A stretch of 64,000 bases of DNA from an uncultured Pelagibacteraceae bacterium (GTDB taxonomy: Bacteria; Pseudomonadota; Alphaproteobacteria; Pelagibacterales; Pelagibacteraceae), in NCBI GenBank assembly GCA_902514805.1, contig CABXSF010000001.1:14757-78756 (forward strand), written 5' to 3'. The translations under genes were made by a program, and so were the position numbers. Under the pieces are notes generated by a model. That model worked only from the letters and a program-made list of their open reading frames with translations, searched no databases and was not told where the DNA came from. Positions within the stretch are counted from its first letter, which is position 1; each line of letters opens with the position of its first letter. Of this stretch, positions 51,279-60,351 are shown one piece after another.

Positions 51279-51818
51279 ATGTTTATACAAACACAAAAAA
51301 CACCAAATCCGAATTCTTTAAAATTTCTCACTGAGAAAAAGGTTTCATTAGTTGGCCCTATTGAATTTAAAGATAAAAGCGAGACATCAGTTAGTCTTAT
51401 TAGAAATATTTTATCAATAAATGGAGTTACAGGAATTTTTTTATCTGATGATTATTTATCAGTAAACAAGGACACAAATATTGAATGGGAGGATCTTAAA
51501 CACATAATAATTTCATACATAAATGATTTTTATGACCAAGGTAATGATTGTATTATTTCTGAAAAAAGATCTGAAAATACAGAGGAATTATCAAGTGTAA
51601 AAAATACAATTATTAAAATACTTGAAACAAAGGTCAGACCTGCAGTTGCGAGAGATGGAGGAGATATTAAATTTAAAGATTTCAAAGATGGTAAAGTCAT
51701 AGTTGAATTACAAGGAAGTTGCTCTGGATGTCCAAGCTCAACACTAACGCTTAAAAAAGGTGTCCAAAATCTTCTCTGTCACTATGTTCCTGAAGTGAAG
51801 GAAGTTGAGGCAATTTGA
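51279..51818 (+). CDS. NifU/NfuA-family Fe-S scaffold (Nfu_N + NifU-C)
   Basis: TPNPNSLKF, RPAV..DGGD, G.CSGCPSS..TL. Confidence 0.93.
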   Translation: MFIQTQKTPNPNSLKFLTEKKVSLVGPIEFKDKSETSVSLIRNILSINGVTGIFLSDDYLSVNKDTNIEWEDLKHIIISYINDFYDQGNDCIISEKRSENTEELSSVKNTIIKILETKVRPAVARDGGDIKFKDFKDGKVIVELQGSCSGCPSSTLTLKKGVQNLLCHYVPEVKEVEAI

Positions 51819-52981
51819 AAAAAGATTTATTTTCAGGTTTATCAAAAAAGAATTTTGACTTAAAAAAATTTAAAGAATTAAAGAGAATTTTATCAAAGCA
51901 AGGAATTGTAATTAAAAGGAAACCTTTTTCGAACATAAATTTCAGATTTGATGAGTTTAAATCTTTATATCTAACTGGTCTCGCTGCTTTTTTAATAGTA
52001 ACGTTTTCTTTCATAATTCCATTGTCAGTCGATATTGATAATCAAATAGTAAGCAATAAAGACTCTAAAATAAACAATTCAAAAATAGATTTTCAAAAAG
52101 TTTTAAGTGGCGAAAGTATTGATGATGAAAAGGTTGACGAGGGCCTTGATTTATCAAACATACTTGAAGATGTATTTAAATTTGATGAACTACCAGAGGA
52201 TACCGTTCGGTTAAGTGCTTCTACAATTGAACAGTTATTTAAAGATACTAATTACTCTCTATCTGAAGTTAGACGTACTAAAAAAGTCAAACCTATAAGA
52301 TTATCTTTATTACCAAATGAAATGAAATCAATTGAAAGTTCAGCAAAAAGAAAAAGCTTATTTATAAAAATCATATTGCCCTTAGTTCTTGAGGAGAACA
52401 ATAGAATTATTATTGATAGAAAAAAATTATTTTCAATTTTGAATAAAAACAAAAACACTAAAGACGAAATTAAGTGGTTAAATCAAAAATTTAAACAGTA
52501 TGGTGTTTTAAATAAAGATCTTGCAACCTTGAAAGTAAGAATGGATATAATACCTGTATCTCTTGCAATTGCTCAAGCAGCTAAAGAAACTGGTTGGGGA
52601 ACTTCAAGATTTGCAATTGAAGGAAATGCTTTGTTTGGTCAATGGACTTGGTCAGGAGAAGGTATTAAACCAGCTGGTGCAGATACGAACGCAACCTATA
52701 AAGTGATGAAATTTAATGTTCTTAAAGCATCAGTAAGAGCTTACCAAAGAAATTTAAATACTCATTCCAGTTACAAAAAATTTAGATTTGTAAGAGCTCA
52801 ACTTAGAGATGATAATAAAAAATTAGATAGCCTTAAACTTGCAGAATATCTAGACAACTATGCTCAAACAGGAGCTGAATACATAAAAGTTTTAAAACAA
52901 ATTATTCAACAAAATCAATTAAAAGATTTCGATGAAGTTAAACTACTTCCTCTCAGCGTAAAGTTTAAAAATATTATTTAG
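51815..52981 (+). CDS. Membrane-anchored glucosaminidase (GH73/Bax-like) protein
   Basis: N-terminal TM; AQAA.E.GWGTSRF..EGN.LFG, NLNTH..Y, YA..G..Y. Confidence 0.87.
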   Translation: MKKDLFSGLSKKNFDLKKFKELKRILSKQGIVIKRKPFSNINFRFDEFKSLYLTGLAAFLIVTFSFIIPLSVDIDNQIVSNKDSKINNSKIDFQKVLSGESIDDEKVDEGLDLSNILEDVFKFDELPEDTVRLSASTIEQLFKDTNYSLSEVRRTKKVKPIRLSLLPNEMKSIESSAKRKSLFIKIILPLVLEENNRIIIDRKKLFSILNKNKNTKDEIKWLNQKFKQYGVLNKDLATLKVRMDIIPVSLAIAQAAKETGWGTSRFAIEGNALFGQWTWSGEGIKPAGADTNATYKVMKFNVLKASVRAYQRNLNTHSSYKKFRFVRAQLRDDNKKLDSLKLAEYLDNYAQTGAEYIKVLKQIIQQNQLKDFDEVKLLPLSVKFKNII

Positions 52982-54044
52982 GAATTTGAATTGTAAATTG
53001 GTGGCCAAACCATTTCCACTTACCGTCTTCATTTAAGGAGCAGTTTAATCTACCTCGTCTAAAAGTAAATTTTTCTCTAAAAGAAATTTTCATTATATTA
53101 TTTACATCTACTGAAATTTTCGGATTTCCCCAATTATCACCTTCGTTTGAAAAACAATTTATATTTTTTATGTTTTTTTGATCATCAAAAAATTTAATTT
53201 CAACTGAAGGAGGATTATTTTTTGTAAGTACATATTTATCTTCAGGTTTGAATTCTTTATATTGTAAGGGCAAGTATTTTATAATGGAGTTAAACCTTTC
53301 CATTTTCCCATAATTCTCATTAATAGGAAATCTTGGTAATTCATACTTATCTTTAGTACTGTCTATTACTCCTGAGTGTTGTCCAAATCCATATGTAAAT
53401 TTTTTTTTTATAAAATTCTTTTGTTCTAAAGAATACTCTCCGAAGGGGTATGAAAAAAAGATTGGGTTATATCCTAAATTTTTATTAAAGATTTTAATGG
53501 ACTCATTTATATCATCTTTAAAATCTGAAAATGAAAATTTTATGAGATACTCATGGGTATGAGAATGATTTCCTATATATGCAAATTTTTCTTTTTCAAT
53601 TTCTTTAATTTGTTCCCAGGTCATATAACCTCTTTTACCGATTGGTTCGGTAGAAACAAAAAGAATGAAAGGTATTTTATTTTTTTTTAAAATTGGCCAC
53701 GCGTTTTCGTAGAAAGACATAAAAGCGTCATCTATAGTTAAAAGAATTTTTTTATTATCTTTGGGTTCATTAAATTGCTCATTAAATAATTTTGGATCGT
53801 AAAACTCGAATCCATTATTTTTAATAGCTTCAATGTGTTCTAAAAAAATATTCATTCTAATGTTTGTAGATGGGTATTTATTTTCCTCAAATCTGTGATA
53901 CATTATTGACAAGACACCTTGATCATCTGGATTATATTGTGTCATTTCCTCTGATGATATATTTGAGTGAAAAAAAATGAAAAAAAATAAAATAGCAGAT
54001 TTAGTTATAGACGCGGCAAGTGATAAGATTTTATTTAAAATCAT
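52974..54044 (-). CDS. Periplasmic polysaccharide deacetylase (CE4)
   Basis: MYHRF, LTIDDA, GNHSHTH, FSYPFGE, LPRFP; signal peptide. The start is uncertain (ATG 54044 or TTG 54056). Confidence 0.88.
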   Translation of the reverse strand: MILNKILSLAASITKSAILFFFIFFHSNISSEEMTQYNPDDQGVLSIMYHRFEENKYPSTNIRMNIFLEHIEAIKNNGFEFYDPKLFNEQFNEPKDNKKILLTIDDAFMSFYENAWPILKKNKIPFILFVSTEPIGKRGYMTWEQIKEIEKEKFAYIGNHSHTHEYLIKFSFSDFKDDINESIKIFNKNLGYNPIFFSYPFGEYSLEQKNFIKKKFTYGFGQHSGVIDSTKDKYELPRFPINENYGKMERFNSIIKYLPLQYKEFKPEDKYVLTKNNPPSVEIKFFDDQKNIKNINCFSNEGDNWGNPKISVDVNNIMKISFREKFTFRRGRLNCSLNEDGKWKWFGHQFTIQIPK

Positions 54045-54369
54045 TTCTAGAGACAAGATTTATACTAATGAGCATGAAAACAGTAGAAAAAATTTTGATA
54101 AATTTTCTATTTTATTAATGAATTTTTTAACAAAAAAACAATACTCCTTTGAAAAAGTGAGAAATGTTTTCATTAATCAAGGTCCAGGTAAATATACAAG
54201 TATTAGAACTTCAATGGCAATTATTAAGGCTTTAAAGCTAGTTTATGGTTTTAATTATTATGGTTTTAACAATAAAGATGTGGTGGATGGAGATTACGGT
54301 AAAATCTTTCAATTATTTAAGCAAAAAAAATTGATAAAAAATTTGATTAAACCACTTTATTTGAGTTAA
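53977..54369 (+). CDS. tsaB: Short TsaB (YeaZ)-like t6A biosynthesis protein
   Basis: L.ID, V.I..GPG.YTSIR motif (cf. GPGSFTGLR); nfuA-tsaB-fur-miaB synteny. Only 130 aa. Confidence 0.7.
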   Translation: MKKNKIADLVIDAASDKILFKIISRDKIYTNEHENSRKNFDKFSILLMNFLTKKQYSFEKVRNVFINQGPGKYTSIRTSMAIIKALKLVYGFNYYGFNNKDVVDGDYGKIFQLFKQKKLIKNLIKPLYLS

Positions 54370-54377
54370 AATATATT

Positions 54378-54794
54378 ATGACAGATTCAATTGAGAAAAA
54401 ATGTATTGCAAATGGAGTTAAACTTACTGATCAAAGAAGAACTATTGCTAGGGTAATATCAGAATCGAAAAAGACATATGGTGAGGCAGACCACCCTGAT
54501 GTAGATGAGCTTTATAAAAGAGTCTCGAATATCGATCCTAAAATAAGCATTGCAACTGTTTATAGAACTGTAAAACTTTTTGAGGAGTCCGGTATATTAA
54601 TGAAACACGATTTTAAGGATGGAAAAGCTAGATATGAATTAAATGATGATCACAATCACTTAATAGATATCAAATCAGGAAACATTATAGAATTTACAGA
54701 TGATGAAATTGAAAAAATACAAAGAAGAATAGCTGAAAAACATGGTTATAAACTTGTTGATTCTAAGTTAGAACTTTATTGTGTTAAAAAATAA
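54378..54794 (+). CDS. fur: Fur-family transcriptional regulator (Fur/Mur)
   Basis: T.QR, HPD..EL, IS.ATVYRT, RYE, H.HLID, IEF. Confidence 0.92.
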   Translation: MTDSIEKKCIANGVKLTDQRRTIARVISESKKTYGEADHPDVDELYKRVSNIDPKISIATVYRTVKLFEESGILMKHDFKDGKARYELNDDHNHLIDIKSGNIIEFTDDEIEKIQRRIAEKHGYKLVDSKLELYCVKK

Positions 54795-54802
54795 CTTCAT
54801 TA

Positions 54803-56137
54803 ATGGCAAATAAAATATTTATCAAAACTTTTGGATGTCAAATGAATCAGTATGACTCCAACAGAATTTTTGATACTGTAAAAAAAATTGGTTTTTCTAA
54901 AACATCCAATCAATCTGATGCAGATTGTTATCTTATAAATACTTGTCATATTAGAGATAAAGCAAAGGAAAAAGTTTATCATGAAGTTGGTAGAGTTAAA
55001 AAAATCTTTAGAGATAAGAAAAAACCAATACTTGTTGTTGCAGGATGTGTCGCTCAAGCAGAGAATGAGGAAATGTTAAAAAGAGAACCTTATATTGATA
55101 TAGTTGTAGGTCCTCAATCTTATCACCAAATTAATTCTTTAATTTCAAATTATAAAAAAAGTAGTAAAGAATTTACAGAATTTGAAACAAAAGATAAGTT
55201 TAATTATTTAGATAAGATAAAGAATACTTCCAGCAACGTTTCATCATTTCTTACAATTCAAGAAGGATGTGATAAGTTTTGCAGTTTTTGTGTGGTCCCA
55301 TATACACGTGGCCCTGAATACTCAAGGCCTTTTGAAAAAATTATTTTAGAGGCTCAAGATTTGGTTAAAAGCGGAGCAAAAGAAATTATTTTACTTGGAC
55401 AAAATGTAAATGCATATTCATTCAAAGACAAATCAAAAGTATATAGATTATCAGATTTAATAAATGAGTTAGAAAAATTTACAGAACTTAAGAGAATTAG
55501 GTATACGACGTCCCATCCAAGGGACATGACCGATGACTTAATTGAGTGTTATTCAAAATCAAAAAAATTACAACCCTTTGTTCATTTGCCAATTCAAAGT
55601 GGTTCAGACAAAGTTTTAAAACTGATGAATAGAGGTCATAAAGTTGAAAAATATTTTGAGATCTACAAAAAACTGAAAAAAATAAATTCTAAAATTGAAT
55701 TTTCAAGTGATTTCATCATTGGGTATCCAGGAGAAACTGAGGACGATTTTAATGATACTTTAAGTTTTTTAAGTAAAATAAAATTTATAAATTCTTATTC
55801 ATTTATATTTAGTTCTAGGCCTGGAACACCTGCATCCAATTTAGATTTAATTGATTATGAAATTGCAAAAGAACGACTTATAAAAGTTCAAAAAATTTTG
55901 TTTAAATATCAATTAGAACATAATGAGTCTTTCTTAGGAAAAAAAATTGAAGTCCTTGTAGAAAATAAAATGAAAAAAAACCAAATGTATTTTGGAAGGA
56001 ATGAATACTTTAATGGAGTGATATTTGATGGAGATGAAAAGCTTGTAGGAAAAACTATAAAAATAAAAATTGATAAAGTAAATCAAAACAATTTATTTGG
56101 AAAAATAGACTCAAACTCAGATATGAGGGCAGCTTAA
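54803..56137 (+). CDS. miaB: tRNA-i6A37 methylthiotransferase MiaB
   Basis: TFGCQMN..DS, NTC.IR..A, GC.AQ, radical SAM GCDKFCSFC, HLP.QSG, TRAM-like end. Confidence 0.97.
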   Translation: MANKIFIKTFGCQMNQYDSNRIFDTVKKIGFSKTSNQSDADCYLINTCHIRDKAKEKVYHEVGRVKKIFRDKKKPILVVAGCVAQAENEEMLKREPYIDIVVGPQSYHQINSLISNYKKSSKEFTEFETKDKFNYLDKIKNTSSNVSSFLTIQEGCDKFCSFCVVPYTRGPEYSRPFEKIILEAQDLVKSGAKEIILLGQNVNAYSFKDKSKVYRLSDLINELEKFTELKRIRYTTSHPRDMTDDLIECYSKSKKLQPFVHLPIQSGSDKVLKLMNRGHKVEKYFEIYKKLKKINSKIEFSSDFIIGYPGETEDDFNDTLSFLSKIKFINSYSFIFSSRPGTPASNLDLIDYEIAKERLIKVQKILFKYQLEHNESFLGKKIEVLVENKMKKNQMYFGRNEYFNGVIFDGDEKLVGKTIKIKIDKVNQNNLFGKIDSNSDMRAA

Positions 56138-56139
56138 TC

Positions 56140-57138
56140 TTGAATAACCCATTATTAAATAAACTAAATAAAGATCTCAAATTTGTTTATTCTGATAACG
56201 ACACTTTGAGCATCATATTTAATAACAACGAAATATTAATGGGTGTAGTGGGTGAATTTAATAATAATTTAAAAGAACTAGAAAAAATAACAGAGACAAA
56301 AATATACTCTAGGGGAAACTCAATATTGGTCAAAAGTTCTAGCACAAAAAATGAATTAGTTAAAAATGCTATAATTTTTCTTACAGATCAGTTAATTTTA
56401 AATGGAACGATAGAAAAAAAAGATATAATTTCCTCAATTAACAAATTTATGATTAACGAAAAAACAGATAAAAAAATTGAATATATAATCAAGACTCCGA
56501 AAAAATCAGTTATTCCAAGATCGGAAAAACAAAAAAATTACGTAAGAGCACTGAGAGAAAGCGATATTATTATTTCTTGTGGTCCTGCAGGAACAGGAAA
56601 AACTTTTCTCGCAGTAGCAGTTGCTTTGACAATGTTGCTTGATAAAAAGATTGAAAGAATAATTTTATCTAGACCAGCAGTAGAGGCAGGTGAAAGATTA
56701 GGTTTTTTGCCTGGAGATATGAGAGAAAAAGTAGATCCATATTTAAGACCTTTATACGACTCACTTTATGATTTGTTAGACTTTGAAAAAATCCAAAAAA
56801 GAATTGAAATAGGTGATATTGAAATAGCTCCATTAGCATTTATGAGAGGAAGAACTTTAAAAAACTCATTTGCAATCTTAGATGAATCACAAAACGCAAC
56901 TGATACACAAATCAAAATGTTTTTAACAAGAATTGGAGAAAATTCTAAAATTGTAATCAATGGTGATCCGTCACAAATTGATTTACCAAATAAATCTCTA
57001 TCAGGATTGAATAGGTCAAAAAAACTTCTTGGGCATTTAAATGAAATTTCAGTTGTAGATTTTGATCACTCAGATGTTGTTAGGCACCCATTAGTTTCTA
57101 AAATAGTGAAAGCTTATTCTGATCAAAGTAAAGATTAA
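56140..57138 (+). CDS. PhoH-family ATPase (YbeZ)
   Basis: GPAGTGKT, RPAVEAGE.LGFLPG, PLAFMRGRT, LDE.QN, GD..Q.D, VRH.LV. Confidence 0.95.
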   Translation: MNNPLLNKLNKDLKFVYSDNDTLSIIFNNNEILMGVVGEFNNNLKELEKITETKIYSRGNSILVKSSSTKNELVKNAIIFLTDQLILNGTIEKKDIISSINKFMINEKTDKKIEYIIKTPKKSVIPRSEKQKNYVRALRESDIIISCGPAGTGKTFLAVAVALTMLLDKKIERIILSRPAVEAGERLGFLPGDMREKVDPYLRPLYDSLYDLLDFEKIQKRIEIGDIEIAPLAFMRGRTLKNSFAILDESQNATDTQIKMFLTRIGENSKIVINGDPSQIDLPNKSLSGLNRSKKLLGHLNEISVVDFDHSDVVRHPLVSKIVKAYSDQSKD

Positions 57139-57578
57139 TGATTAAAGCTGAAATAGTTGTCGATTTCTCAAAATGGAGAACTAAAATTAAAAGTCCAAAT
57201 CTCTACTTTAAAAAAAAAATCAGAAAAATTTCAACAATGAAATCATTTAAAAAAAAAAATTTTCAATTCACTTTATTATTAACTAATAAAACTTTTATAA
57301 GGAAACTTAATAAAAAATTTAGAAAAAAAAACAAAGGGACCGATGTTTTATCTTTTCCGATAAAAAGTCATTTTAATAAAAATTATAAAGGAGATATAGC
57401 TATTTGTTATGAAATTATAAATTTAAGATCAAAAAAAACGAATTTTGATATTGAATTTGATAAAATGTGGATACATGGTCTTCTTCACTTGCTTGGTTAT
57501 AATCACAATAAACAAAAAGATTATGAGCAAATGTTAAAAAGAGAGCAAGATATTTTAAAACGAGTAAATAAAATTTGA
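57138..57578 (+). CDS. ybeY: rRNA maturation factor YbeY
   Basis: LN..FR....TDVLSF, GDI, HG.LHLLGY.H. Confidence 0.95.
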   Translation: MIKAEIVVDFSKWRTKIKSPNLYFKKKIRKISTMKSFKKKNFQFTLLLTNKTFIRKLNKKFRKKNKGTDVLSFPIKSHFNKNYKGDIAICYEIINLRSKKTNFDIEFDKMWIHGLLHLLGYNHNKQKDYEQMLKREQDILKRVNKI

Positions 57579-59101
57579 CAAGAAATTATTCTAAGAATTT
57601 TATTTTTTATTTAGTACCATTTATTTGTGGATTAATTTCAACATTCAGTTTACCGCCATATAATTTTTTTTATCTCAATTTTATTTCATTTCCATTGTTA
57701 CTTTTATTTTATTTGAATTTGGAAATAAAAAGGAGCTTCTTATCTTTTCTTTATGGGTGGACATTTGGTTTTGCGTATTTTTTTTCAAATATTTATTGGA
57801 TAGCAAACTCATTGACAGTTGAAGAAATATTCAAACCTTTAATTCCTTTTGCAATTACAGTAGTTCCTTTATTTCTTGGCATTTTTTATGGAATCTCTTT
57901 TTTGATCTTTTTTTATTTTAAACCAAGAAAAAAAATTGAGAGTATTTTTTTATTAGCATTAATATTTTCAATTATAGAGTATTTAAGAGGTCATATTCTT
58001 GGAGGTTTTCCTTGGAACGTAATCTCTTTTAGTTTAGTTGAAATAAATCAATTTTTACAAATCTTGGCATATGTTGGCACATATTCTTTTAATTTGTTAG
58101 TTATTACAATTTTTTTAGTCCCAGCAGTTATTTTATTTGACGTATCATTGAAAGCAAAATTATTAACGGTTTTCTTGGCAGCAACTTTAATAGTGTCAAA
58201 CCTAATTTCTGGTTATTTAGTTCTAAACAAACACAATAAAACAGTAAACACACCTATGAATTTTATCATTAAGATTATTTCACCTAAAATTGATTTAAAA
58301 AGATTTTTTGATGGGACAGATCCTTCCTTGGTAATAAAAGACTTAGCAGAAATAGGAAATATTGACAGTAGGGATGCAGTTTATATTTATCCAGAAGGAA
58401 TATTACCATCAATCAATCTAAATGAAATTCAAGATTATTCTTTAGTATTTAAAGATTATTTTCAGAATAATCATAAAATTATAGTTGGTATAACCAGATA
58501 TGAAGAAACAGAAATATTCAATTCAATGGCTCTACTTGATAATGATTTAAAATTGATAAATGTTTACGATAAGAATAAACTCGTCCCTTTTGGTGAGTAC
58601 TTACCTTTTGAAAATTTTTTAAAGAATTATGGTTTTAAAAAAATTACTCAAGGATACCAATCTTTTAGTTCTGCAAGTAATAGAGATTTAATAAATGTAA
58701 ACGATATAAGTTTTCTTCCTCTTATTTGTTATGAAATTATTTATTCAGGAAGTCTTTTTAAAAATTCCGAAAATTATGATTTTATCATTAATATTTCAGA
58801 AGACGGGTGGTTTGGAGAGTCAATTGGAATAGATCAACATTTTTTTCATTCAGTTTTTAGATCTATTGAAGAAGGAAAAAATGTATTAAGATCTGCTAAT
58901 AATGGAATTTCTGCGTACATTGATAGCAAAGGACAAATTATAAAAAAGATTGAATCAACCCAAAAGGGAGTAATAGAAATTAATTCTTATAAAAAAGGAT
59001 CAAAAACAATCTTTAGTTCTTTTGGAAATAAGATTTTCTTTTATTTCCTTATTTTTTATATTACGCTAATTTTTTTATTAAAAAAAAAGGAAAGACAATG
59101 A
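57575..59101 (+). CDS. lnt: Apolipoprotein N-acyltransferase
   Basis: TM region, GFPW, YPE, K..LVPFGE..P, ICYE, D.WF, R..E, R.AN.G.S. Confidence 0.95.
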   Translation: MTRNYSKNFIFYLVPFICGLISTFSLPPYNFFYLNFISFPLLLLFYLNLEIKRSFLSFLYGWTFGFAYFFSNIYWIANSLTVEEIFKPLIPFAITVVPLFLGIFYGISFLIFFYFKPRKKIESIFLLALIFSIIEYLRGHILGGFPWNVISFSLVEINQFLQILAYVGTYSFNLLVITIFLVPAVILFDVSLKAKLLTVFLAATLIVSNLISGYLVLNKHNKTVNTPMNFIIKIISPKIDLKRFFDGTDPSLVIKDLAEIGNIDSRDAVYIYPEGILPSINLNEIQDYSLVFKDYFQNNHKIIVGITRYEETEIFNSMALLDNDLKLINVYDKNKLVPFGEYLPFENFLKNYGFKKITQGYQSFSSASNRDLINVNDISFLPLICYEIIYSGSLFKNSENYDFIINISEDGWFGESIGIDQHFFHSVFRSIEEGKNVLRSANNGISAYIDSKGQIIKKIESTQKGVIEINSYKKGSKTIFSSFGNKIFFYFLIFYITLIFLLKKKERQ

Positions 59102-60261
59102 AAAAGAATTATTTATTTACTAGCGAGTCCGTCTCTGAAGGTCATCCAGACAAAGTTTGTGATAGAATTTCTGATATGGTTGTAGATACATACTTAAGCG
59201 CTGAGCCTCAATCAAGAGTAGCTTGCGAAACGTTAACAACAACAAATAAGGTAGTGCTGGCTGGAGAAGTTAGAGGCCCAGAAATTAAAAAAGATGATTT
59301 AATAGAAAAGGTAAGACACTGCATTAAAGATATTGGCTACGATCAGGATGGTTTTACATGGAAAGAAGCAACTAAAATTGAAAGTCATCTGCACGCTCAA
59401 TCAACTGATATAGCTATGGGTGTTGACTCATCCGGCAACAAAGATGAGGGGGCTGGAGACCAGGGGATTATGTTTGGTTATGCATGTAATGAGACTGATG
59501 TTTTAATGCCTGCACCAATACATTATTCACACAAAATTTTAAGATTAATGGCTGCGGATAGAAAATCAGGAAAATTAAAAAACATTGAGCCTGATTCCAA
59601 AAGTCAAATAACAATTGAATATAAAGATGGTAAACCTGTAAATGTTAAATCTGTAGTCATCTCTACTCAACATTCTGCAGATGTAGATCAATCCCAGGTT
59701 AGAAAATTAGTTATGCCATATATCGAAAAATCTATTCCAAAAAATCTTCTTAATAATTTAGACGAAAAAGAAATTTATATTAATCCAACTGGGAATTTTG
59801 TTATTGGAGGACCTGATGGAGACAGTGGTCTTACTGGGAGAAAAATTATTGTCGATACATATGGTGGTGCTGCACCACATGGAGGTGGAGCTTTTTCAGG
59901 GAAAGATCCAACTAAAGTTGATCGATCAGCTGCTTATGCTTCAAGATATTTAGCAAAAAATATTGTTGCTTCAAAAATCGCTGATAAGTGCTTAATTCAA
60001 CTTGCTTATGCTATCGGAGTATCCAAACCATTATCTATCTATGTTGATTTATTCGATAACGACGAGGAAAAAAACAAATATGTAGAAAAATTGATAGGTG
60101 AAAATTTTGATCTAAGCCCTAGAGGTATAAGAGAAATGCTAGGTTTAAATAAACCAATTTATGAAAAATCAGCTGCTTACGGTCATTTTGGAAGAGAACC
60201 AGAAGGAGATGGTTCTTTTTCTTGGGAAAATACAGATAAAAAATCAATATTTTCAAAGTAA
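59098..60261 (+). CDS. metK: S-adenosylmethionine synthetase
   Basis: [58 protein letters not shown]. Confidence 0.99.
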   Translation: MKKNYLFTSESVSEGHPDKVCDRISDMVVDTYLSAEPQSRVACETLTTTNKVVLAGEVRGPEIKKDDLIEKVRHCIKDIGYDQDGFTWKEATKIESHLHAQSTDIAMGVDSSGNKDEGAGDQGIMFGYACNETDVLMPAPIHYSHKILRLMAADRKSGKLKNIEPDSKSQITIEYKDGKPVNVKSVVISTQHSADVDQSQVRKLVMPYIEKSIPKNLLNNLDEKEIYINPTGNFVIGGPDGDSGLTGRKIIVDTYGGAAPHGGGAFSGKDPTKVDRSAAYASRYLAKNIVASKIADKCLIQLAYAIGVSKPLSIYVDLFDNDEEKNKYVEKLIGENFDLSPRGIREMLGLNKPIYEKSAAYGHFGREPEGDGSFSWENTDKKSIFSK

Positions 60262-60316
60262 AAAGTTGAAAAAATACTTGAAAATAACTATATATTTCTT
60301 AAATCGTTAAATTATT

Positions 60317-60343
60317 AAAATGGGCTTCGGCCCATTTTTTTTT
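60317..60343 (+). terminator. Intrinsic terminator hairpin of rimP-leader type, directly upstream of nusA
   Basis: AAAATGGGC-TTCG-GCCCATTTT plus a T run to 60343; preceded by TTGAAA (60266), 17 nt, TATATA (60289). Confidence 0.85.
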
Positions 60344-60351
60344 AGAGAAGA

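Noticed and set aside
59040-59100. SAM riboswitch upstream of metK
   Set aside because: lnt overlaps the metK start, leaving no leader, and no structured motif was seen.
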